Source of the DNA: an uncultured Oscillospiraceae bacterium
Lineage (GTDB): Bacteria; Bacillota; Clostridia; Oscillospirales; QAMX01
Length of the DNA: 64,000 bases
NCBI GenBank assembly: GCA_964448855.1
Contig: CAYUXI010000003.1
Span: forward strand, 32,976-96,975
Direction of reading: 5' to 3'
The notes below the pieces were generated by a model that searched no databases, had not been told where the DNA came from, and saw nothing but the letters and a program-made list of their open reading frames with translations. This document shows positions 8,015 to 14,072 of this stretch, one piece after another (the stretch's first letter is position 1; every line of letters starts with the position of its first letter). The translations under genes were made by a program, and so were the position numbers.

Positions 8015-8443
8015 GTGGATGATATCGTCAAAACGGTTCGCAAGGGCAAAGATGTTGATCTCCGCAACGTGATCATTGACTCCTTTCAGTTTATTTCTTT
8101 TATAATGGACGTGGAGGATCAGCTGAACATCGAAGTTCCGGACGAACTGCTGGTATATGATCATTTTGCCTCTCTACTTGGCTTTGCGGAGCTGATGAGC
8201 ACCGTCAAAGAAGAGTACGAAGAAGAGTACGAAGAAGAGTACGAAGAAGACGAAGAAGAGTACGACGAAGACGAAGAAGACGAAGAAGAAGACGAAGAAG
8301 ACGAAAAAGACGAAGAGGAAGACGAAGAGGAAGACGAAGAGGAAGACGAAGAGGAAGACGACGAAGAAGACGAAGAGGAAGAAACAGAGCTGAAAGTGCT
8401 TGATCGAACCATGCGTGGTCCGTGGTCAGGCTTTTTAAGATAA
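8015..8443 (+). CDS. acyl-carrier-protein-related protein with polyacidic C-terminal tail (probable true start ATG 7958, interrupted by TAG 8000-8002)
   Basis: ACP-like helix-2 region NVIIDSFQFISFIMDVEDQLNIEVPDELL with the Ser of a DS motif. The in-frame upstream stretch MKKEVLDGILNALE-TAG-AVSD reads like ACP helix 1. The tail is 58 residues of Asp/Glu apart from 4 Tyr and 1 Lys. Confidence 0.7.
   Translation: MDDIVKTVRKGKDVDLRNVIIDSFQFISFIMDVEDQLNIEVPDELLVYDHFASLLGFAELMSTVKEEYEEEYEEEYEEDEEEYDEDEEDEEEDEEDEKDEEEDEEEDEEEDEEEDDEEDEEEETELKVLDRTMRGPWSGFLR
8207..8383 (+). repeat. GAA/GAG/GAC triplet-repeat region encoding the polyacidic tail
   Basis: Tandem GAAGAGTAC x3, then reiterated GAAGAGGAAGAC / GAAGAAGAC units. 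The region is coding. Confidence 0.85.
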
Positions 8444-8461
8444 ATGAAGGGAGGCGAAATC

Positions 8462-8608
8462 ATGAAGCAGCTGAAAAAACTGGTCAAGCCGTCCAAAAAG
8501 GCGGCAAACGCCATCGTGACACTGTATGTCAATGAAAACCAGTGTGGCGATCCGTGTGGTGCCAGCAAATGCACCAATGAATCACAGTGCGGCAAACGTT
8601 GCACCTGA
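8462..8608 (+). CDS. Cys-rich precursor-peptide candidate (48 aa)
   Basis: GGGAGG ribosome-binding site (8449-8454) 7 nt before the ATG. Sequence: MKQLKKLVKPSKKAANAIVTLYVNENQCGDPCGASKCTNESQCGKRCT, ending in TGA. It has a Lys-rich leader-like half and a core with five Cys. It sits between the ACP-like and protease genes and is absent from the ORF track (<60 aa). Confidence 0.75.
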   Translation: MKQLKKLVKPSKKAANAIVTLYVNENQCGDPCGASKCTNESQCGKRCT

Positions 8609-8641
8609 TGCCGCAACAGAAGCGTTGAAACGGGGTCAGCT

Positions 8642-10408
8642 ATGAATGTTCGAATTTGGATTGTGGACAGCGGCGGAGCGCCGGGCGCAGAAAACAGCCG
8701 GGTCTTCCGCAACGGTTCACTGTACCCGGATGAAGTAGGGGATCGCTTCGGCCATGGAACCGCAGTCAGCGGGATCATTGGCTCCGGCGCCCCAACAGCA
8801 GAACTCACCCATGTTCGCCTGGTGAATCAGGAAGCGCAAGCCACGGCCGATGAGCTGACGGCACTGCTGGTATACATGGATGCCCATGCAGATGTCGATC
8901 TGATTCATATGAGCCTTGGTGTCACGGGCGGTGACCTGCAAGCCCTGCATACGGCCTGTGTGCGCCTTGCGGAAAAGGGTGTCATTCTGGTTGCTGCATT
9001 TGATAACGGCGGTGCCATCTCCTATCCGGCTGCATTCCCGGAGGTCATTGGCGTGAGTTCCAACCCGGCCTGCAGGCGCAAAGATGCCTTCCGCTTCTGT
9101 GATGACAGCGTGTTGAATCTGCTTGCACACGGAAATGTGCAGCGCGTCCGTTGGACGGAACCGAAATACCTGCTGATCACCGGCAACAGCTTTGCCGTAG
9201 CACACGTCACTGCGTGGGCGGCCAACGAAATGTCCAGGTCGAATCATCGCCTCACCCGAGCGGACCTTCTGGAACGCTTCCGGAAAGCCGCACGGGATGT
9301 GGTATCCTTCGGCTCGGAACCGCTTCCGCAAAAGCTCCCGTTTGAAATTCGTCGGGCTGTGCTGTTCCCGTTCAACAAAGAAATGCACGCACTGATCCGC
9401 TTTCGTGATCTGCTGCCATTTGAAATCGTCGGGGTCTATGAGGGGCGTTATGCCGCCACCATAGGCACTTCGGTATCGCAGCTTGTCGGTACATCAGGCG
9501 CAGAAGATCTGATGATCCGAAAGCTCAGCGACTGCGATTTCGACAGCTTTGACACGGCGGTCATCGGTCACTGCGGTGAGCTGGCCAGACTGGTGAATCC
9601 ATCGCTCATGACGGCCTGGATCCGCCGCCTGGCGGCACACGGAAAGAACATCTATTCCTTTGATGATCTGTCCGACCTGCTGCCGGGTTTCTCCTATGAA
9701 CGCTGGTTTTATCCGCATATTAAGCGGTCTGATCTCCCGCCGGATCGCTGTGGGAAGCTGTTCCGAATTCAAACGCCGGTGCTCGGCGTTTTTGGAACCA
9801 GCTCCAAACAGGGGAAATTTACGTTGCAGTTGGCACTTCGAAAATGGCTGATAGCAGAAGGCTATCGCGTCGGGCAAATCGGAACGGAACCAACCGCTCT
9901 ACTGTTCGGCATGGAACGCTGCTATCCCATGGGATATGCCTCGTCGGTCGAAGTGTCCGGCACGGATGCCGTGCGTTGGTTGAATCATGCGATGAACGAT
10001 ATCTCAGAAGACAAAGATATTCTGATCGTTGGCTCACAATCAGGTACCATTCCGTTCAGCTGCGACAATACCGCGTATTTCTGCTTCCCTCAGCAGGAAT
10101 TCCTGCTGGGCACGCAGCCGGATGCCATCCTCCTGTGCATCAATCCATATGATGAACCGGATTATATCGGCAAAACCATCCAAATGCTGGAAGCAGCAGA
10201 CGCAACAGTCATTGGATTGGCTGTCTTTCCAATGACCTTTCAATCTGAACTCAATCTGCTTGGAAAACGCAGATTGACACAAGAAGAGGAGACGCACCTG
10301 CTGCAACTTTTACGACAGCAGTTTGATCTTCCGGCCTGGATTGTTCGGGATCCGGCCGATGTCGAAGAAATTGCAGACTGTGTCATCCACTTTTTTACAA
10401 CCTGTTAA
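8642..10408 (+). CDS. S8 (subtilisin-like) serine peptidase fused to a DUF1611/DgcN-like C-terminal domain
   Basis: Asp/His/Ser triad contexts IWIVDSGG, GHGTAVSG and GNSFAVAHV, plus AAFDNGG. The C-terminal half shows VFGTSSKQGKFTLQL, ILIVGSQSGTIPF and LLGTQPDAILLCINPYD, which parallel the DUF1611 motifs (GTDxxxGK, EGQG, GxxPDaxxL) as I recall them. Confidence 0.8.
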   Translation: MNVRIWIVDSGGAPGAENSRVFRNGSLYPDEVGDRFGHGTAVSGIIGSGAPTAELTHVRLVNQEAQATADELTALLVYMDAHADVDLIHMSLGVTGGDLQALHTACVRLAEKGVILVAAFDNGGAISYPAAFPEVIGVSSNPACRRKDAFRFCDDSVLNLLAHGNVQRVRWTEPKYLLITGNSFAVAHVTAWAANEMSRSNHRLTRADLLERFRKAARDVVSFGSEPLPQKLPFEIRRAVLFPFNKEMHALIRFRDLLPFEIVGVYEGRYAATIGTSVSQLVGTSGAEDLMIRKLSDCDFDSFDTAVIGHCGELARLVNPSLMTAWIRRLAAHGKNIYSFDDLSDLLPGFSYERWFYPHIKRSDLPPDRCGKLFRIQTPVLGVFGTSSKQGKFTLQLALRKWLIAEGYRVGQIGTEPTALLFGMERCYPMGYASSVEVSGTDAVRWLNHAMNDISEDKDILIVGSQSGTIPFSCDNTAYFCFPQQEFLLGTQPDAILLCINPYDEPDYIGKTIQMLEAADATVIGLAVFPMTFQSELNLLGKRRLTQEEETHLLQLLRQQFDLPAWIVRDPADVEEIADCVIHFFTTC

Positions 10409-10421
10409 TGGAGGGATCATC

Positions 10422-11102
10422 ATGAAAAGGAAACCGTTCAGCGGTATCAGCGAAACCTTGTCCTTTATGTTCTCCTTTATCTGGAAGCATCAAAAATCCT
10501 TTTTCCTCTGGAATACGGTTCAAAATCTGGTCGTTCCGGGGACAAACCTCGCAGAGGTCTGGCTGTCCAAGCTGGTGATGGACGAAATTTTTTCCGAAAC
10601 CCGGACAGTTGAAAGGATTGCATTCTACGTTGGATTGATGCTGCTCTGCTACCTGGTGCGCAATTGCGTCCGTGAGCTGACCTATACGTTGATTAGTAAC
10701 AATCGAACCATCCTCTACCACCGGTTCCGCCAGATGATGATTAGCACCGTCTGTGAAGCGGACTATGAGCTGTTGGAAACGCCGGTCACGCACGAACTGA
10801 AAGAAAATGCGGAGCAGGTGGCATATGGGGACGGCGCCGGCTTCTGTGCCATTGTTCAGGAGCTGTTTTCTCTGAGTGGCAACTTCATCACCCTGGCCGG
10901 TATCACAGCGATTATTTTCACGTTGAACCCGCTGTTTGTCCTGTTGCTGCTGGCGCTGATTTTTGTAAACTCCATGGTTCGCAATCAATGCAACAAGATT
11001 GAATATTCGCTGCGAAAAAATCGAATTCCGATTGAACGGAAATCAAACTATCTGTCGGATATTTCCGAAGGCTTTGAATACGGAAAAGAGGTTCGCCTCT
11101 GA
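10422..11102 (+). CDS. ABC exporter, N-terminal transmembrane part (ends at in-frame TGA 11100-11102)
   Basis: GGAGGG ribosome-binding site plus ATG 10422 (MKRKPFSGISETLSFMF). TM helices typical of type-I ABC exporter membrane domains. The frame continues after the TGA. Confidence 0.75.
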   Translation: MKRKPFSGISETLSFMFSFIWKHQKSFFLWNTVQNLVVPGTNLAEVWLSKLVMDEIFSETRTVERIAFYVGLMLLCYLVRNCVRELTYTLISNNRTILYHRFRQMMISTVCEADYELLETPVTHELKENAEQVAYGDGAGFCAIVQELFSLSGNFITLAGITAIIFTLNPLFVLLLLALIFVNSMVRNQCNKIEYSLRKNRIPIERKSNYLSDISEGFEYGKEVRL

Positions 11103-11156
11103 AACCTGAAAAATTTCATCATTGAGAGACTGGAAAAGCATGATGCGGTAGCTGAA

Positions 11157-12239
11157 ATGTTTTACCGGAGGAGCACCCGGGTCAGCGACCGTGCCAGCTA
11201 TCTCTCCTATATCACATCACTGATTCAGCAGGGCGCCTCCTATTCCTACCTGGTCTTTCTGGTCTTCACGGAAGGCATGACCATCGGTTCGTTCACCATG
11301 TACATGAGCGCCCTCAACAAGTTCAACGGCGTCTTCAATTCGTTCTTCAGCGCCTACACCGAGATGGCAAACTCGAAGCTCTATTTCCAGGATCTACAGA
11401 ACTTCCTGAACCTGAAACGCCGCGCTGATGACTCGGGCTCGGAAAAACCACAGTTGAAACAGGACACCGTCATTTCCTTCTCGCACGTCTCCTTCCATTA
11501 CCCCGGAACCGACCGCGACGTCCTCCACGATGTCACCCTCGATTTCAAGATCGGCGAAAAGGTTGCGCTCGTAGGTGCCAATGGCGCGGGCAAGTCCACC
11601 TTTATCAAGCTGCTTGTGCGTCTGTATGACCCGACGGAGGGTGAAATCCTGCTGAACGGCAAAAACATCAAAGAGTATGACTACAACGAGTACCTGAACC
11701 TGTTTGCACCGGTATTCCAGGATTTCAAACTGTTTGCATTCACACTGCGCGAAAATCTGGCGCTGACCGGCGAATACGATGATGAGCGCATGGAGAAAAT
11801 CGTCCGTCAGGTCGGACTGGATTCGCGCTTTGCGGAACACGGTCTGGACACCATCCTGTACAAAGAGTACGATGAAAGCGGGACGGAGCTGTCCGGCGGC
11901 GAAGCACAGCGCCTGGCGATTGCCCGTGCGCTGTACCGCAATAGCCCGATGGTTGTTCTGGATGAGCCCACCGCCGCACTCGACCCGCTGGCGGAATATA
12001 ATATCTACCAGATGTTTGGCGATCTGGTCAACGGCAAGACGGCCTTCTTTGTCACACATCGTCTGGGTTCGGTTCGTTTCTGCGACGACATTCTCGTCTT
12101 TGACAACGGACAGGTGGTTGCCCGCGGTACACACAGCGAACTCATGAAGAAGAATGACATTTATGCGGAAATGTTCACCAAACAGTCCGATATGTACAAG
12201 GAACTTGAATCCCAGCAGCCGGCAGAAGCGGCGCTGTAA
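11157..12239 (+). CDS. ABC exporter, C-terminal TMD remainder plus ATP-binding domain (coding sense resumes at 11103, same frame)
   Basis: Walker A GANGAGKST, signature LSGGEAQRLAIARAL and Walker B VVLDEPTAALD. There is no ribosome-binding site before ATG 11157. Confidence 0.85.
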   Translation: MFYRRSTRVSDRASYLSYITSLIQQGASYSYLVFLVFTEGMTIGSFTMYMSALNKFNGVFNSFFSAYTEMANSKLYFQDLQNFLNLKRRADDSGSEKPQLKQDTVISFSHVSFHYPGTDRDVLHDVTLDFKIGEKVALVGANGAGKSTFIKLLVRLYDPTEGEILLNGKNIKEYDYNEYLNLFAPVFQDFKLFAFTLRENLALTGEYDDERMEKIVRQVGLDSRFAEHGLDTILYKEYDESGTELSGGEAQRLAIARALYRNSPMVVLDEPTAALDPLAEYNIYQMFGDLVNGKTAFFVTHRLGSVRFCDDILVFDNGQVVARGTHSELMKKNDIYAEMFTKQSDMYKELESQQPAEAAL

Positions 12240-12252
12240 CGTTTTTTTGGGT

Positions 12253-12290
12253 TAAAAATGCCCCGGAGATCCAGTCTCCGGGGCATTGCT
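12253..12290. terminator. bidirectional stem-loop terminator between the convergent ABC and permease genes
   Basis: Perfect 12-bp stem ATGCCCCGGAGA/TCTCCGGGGCAT. A T-run follows on the minus strand (TTTTTAACCCAAAAAAA). Confidence 0.7.
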
Positions 12291-12296
12291 GTATGG

Positions 12297-13439
12297 TCAT
12301 CGAACGAGCATCATGATTGCCGTCAGAACGGCGAGAAAGCCGAAGTTGAACGCGGAAAACAGGACAAGGTATCGCCGCGTCTGTCCTGGATTGTGCGCCG
12401 TATATTCGCGGAACGTAATCAGGCTGGCCAGCGACGCAATCAGCGTTCCTGTTCCGCCGATGTTCACGCCGATCAGCAGCTCACGGTAATTGCCCGTGAA
12501 TTGCGATAGCAGAATCGCCGAGGGAACGTTGCTGATGCACTGACAGGAGAGTACGCTGAAAAGCAGGGTATCCTTTTCCAAAAGCGATGCAAACAGCGAT
12601 TGAACGGCGGGAATCCGCGCCATATTGCCGGAAAAGATGAAAAATGCGGCAAAGGTCAGGAGCAGGGGATAATCGACATCCTTCAGGGCTTTTGGATCCG
12701 CAAAAAGCAGCACCAGCGGAATCACAATCAGTCCAATCCAGTAGGGGATGAAGCGGAAAACGATCACAATCGACAGGACAAACAGACAGAGGTACAGCAC
12801 CGTTCGCCGGGCGGGGAGCGCGGAACGCTTGGCTGGAATCTGCATGGCCTCCGGCTTGACAAAAATCCGGCAGCAGAGCGTGATCAGTGCAATGGAAATC
12901 ACAAACGGCAACAGCATGATCATTGTGAATTCGCCGGTCGGAATTGCAAACTTGCCGTACAGATAAAGGTTCTGCGGATTGCCAAACGGTGTCAGCATCC
13001 CGCCGAGGTTTGCAGCGATGTTCTGCATGATAAACGTAAACGCCATGTATTTCTGCATCCCCGAACAGGACAGTACGAAATAGCCGAGCGGCAGGAAGGT
13101 CAACAACGCCATATCGTTGGCAATCAGCATGGAACCGATGAACGTGATGTAGACGAGCGCCAGAATGCAGAACCGGGCGTTTCGGAATCGCCGGACAATC
13201 TGCTCCGCGAGCACATAGAAGAACCGGATGTTTTTCAAAGCGCAGACAACCGCCAGTACACAGAACAGACAGGTCAGCGTCTTCCAGTCAAAATACGTCA
13301 GATAGGTGCGGTCAGGTGGCACGATACAGGACGTGAGCGCAGCGGCCAGAATCGCAATGCAGAGAACCACGTTTTTTCGAACCCAGTGCAGAAGGCGCGT
13401 CGGGAACATGGAAACCGGGTGCAGGGGCGGGTGCGTCAT
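12297..13439 (-). CDS. anion/citrate-transporter-type permease (ArsB/NhaD-CitMHS-like superfamily)
   Basis: Polytopic membrane protein; MLTPFGNPQNLYLY and VNIGGTGTLIASLA resemble this permease superfamily. The ORF track extends to 13631 by reading through tRNA-Thr. ATG 13439 (MTHPPLH) with an AAAGGAAG ribosome-binding site is the plausible start. Confidence 0.7.
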   Translation of the reverse strand: MTHPPLHPVSMFPTRLLHWVRKNVVLCIAILAAALTSCIVPPDRTYLTYFDWKTLTCLFCVLAVVCALKNIRFFYVLAEQIVRRFRNARFCILALVYITFIGSMLIANDMALLTFLPLGYFVLSCSGMQKYMAFTFIMQNIAANLGGMLTPFGNPQNLYLYGKFAIPTGEFTMIMLLPFVISIALITLCCRIFVKPEAMQIPAKRSALPARRTVLYLCLFVLSIVIVFRFIPYWIGLIVIPLVLLFADPKALKDVDYPLLLTFAAFFIFSGNMARIPAVQSLFASLLEKDTLLFSVLSCQCISNVPSAILLSQFTGNYRELLIGVNIGGTGTLIASLASLITFREYTAHNPGQTRRYLVLFSAFNFGFLAVLTAIMMLVR

Positions 13440-13500
13440 AAAAAGACTTCCTTTGTATTCGAAGATCGCCGAACAAAAAGCGGAACGGCACTTGACCATG

Positions 13501-13533
13501 AAAAAAGCACTTGCAATTGCAAGTGCTTTTTTC
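13501..13533. terminator. rho-independent terminator after the tRNA pair
   Basis: AAAAAAGCACTTGCAATTGCAAGTGCTTTTTT: a perfect 9-bp stem flanked by A- and T-runs. Confidence 0.85.
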
Positions 13534-13534
13534 A

Positions 13535-13610
<76 letters not shown>

Positions 13611-13638
13611 AATTACCCCGCGCTTCTGCACGGAGCGA

Positions 13639-13716
13639 TGGCGACCCGGAAGGGGCTCGAACCCTCGACCTCTAGCGTGACAGACTAGCGTTCTAAACCA
13701 ACTGAACTACCGGGCC
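13639..13716 (-). tRNA. tRNA-Asp (anticodon GUC)
   Basis: Minus strand: GGCCCGGTAGTTCAGTTGGTTTAGAACGCTAGTCTGTCACGCTAGAGGTCGAGGGTTCGAGCCCCTTCCGGGTCGCCA. Anticodon loop CTGTCAC, T-loop GGTTCGAGCC, encoded CCA end. Confidence 0.9.
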
Positions 13717-13762
13717 ATACCGGAAATTGGAACCGTGTGATGTGTGTTCATCACAGGTATAT

Positions 13763-13791
13763 ATTCTACTACAAACTTCTCCGTTTGTCAA
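13763..13791 (-). promoter_or_regulatory. sigma-A-like promoter for the tRNA-Asp/tRNA-Thr unit
   Basis: Minus strand reads TTGACA, a 17-nt spacer, then TAGAAT, about 45 nt upstream of tRNA-Asp. Confidence 0.6.
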
Positions 13792-13823
13792 GCCCCTTTT
13801 CAAAAAAAGACGAAAGAATTTGC

Positions 13824-13852
13824 TTGATAAACCGATTTCTTTCAGGTATCAT
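13824..13852 (+). promoter_or_regulatory. orphan sigma-A-like promoter divergent from the tRNA promoter
   Basis: TTGATA, a 17-nt spacer, then TATCAT. There is no credible CDS downstream before the terminator at 14017-14065. Confidence 0.4.
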
Positions 13853-14016
13853 ATCAATCAATGGGGAAAAAGGGGGGATGACAAACGACGCAGAACAAGT
13901 ATGTCGAACAAATTCGCTGTTCAGGCGACCTGAACACGGCTGCCTGGCTGAATCGGATTCCGGCCATTGGCCAGCTGCTCGGCGGGGAAGCGCCGGACTG
14001 AATCCACAAAAAATAG

Positions 14017-14065
14017 AATGCCCGACCCGGTCGGTCAAAGCGCCAAACCGGATCGGGCATTTTTC
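14017..14065. terminator. bidirectional stem-loop terminator
   Basis: AATGCCCGA...TCGGGCATT arms with an inner CCGG/CCGG pairing. TTTTT follows on the plus strand and a T-run follows on the minus strand. It lies directly downstream of the minus-strand gene that ends at 14073. Confidence 0.65.
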
Positions 14066-14072
14066 ATGGCAG

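Noticed and set aside
8207-8383. The repetitive GAAGAGGAAGAC region considered as a possible CRISPR-like or noncoding tandem array.
   Set aside because: The units are 9-12 nt with no spacers, and they lie in frame inside the ACP-like ORF. This is a coding polyacidic low-complexity tract.
8444-8461. An upstream ATG (8444) as the start of the precursor peptide, and the fact that the ACP-like, peptide and peptidase genes share one frame.
   Set aside because: The ATG overlaps the GGGAGG ribosome-binding site that serves ATG 8462. The shared frame across TAA/TGA boundaries is most simply coincidence.
13859-14016. Assignment of the orphan transcript to 6S RNA, tmRNA, SRP RNA, or a TPP, c-di-GMP or ZTP riboswitch.
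   Set aside because: The 5' and 3' ends do not pair, which rules against 6S. There is no tRNA-like 3' end or SRP domain-IV motif, and only short chance resemblances (ACCUGA, CUGCCUGGCU) to riboswitch cores.
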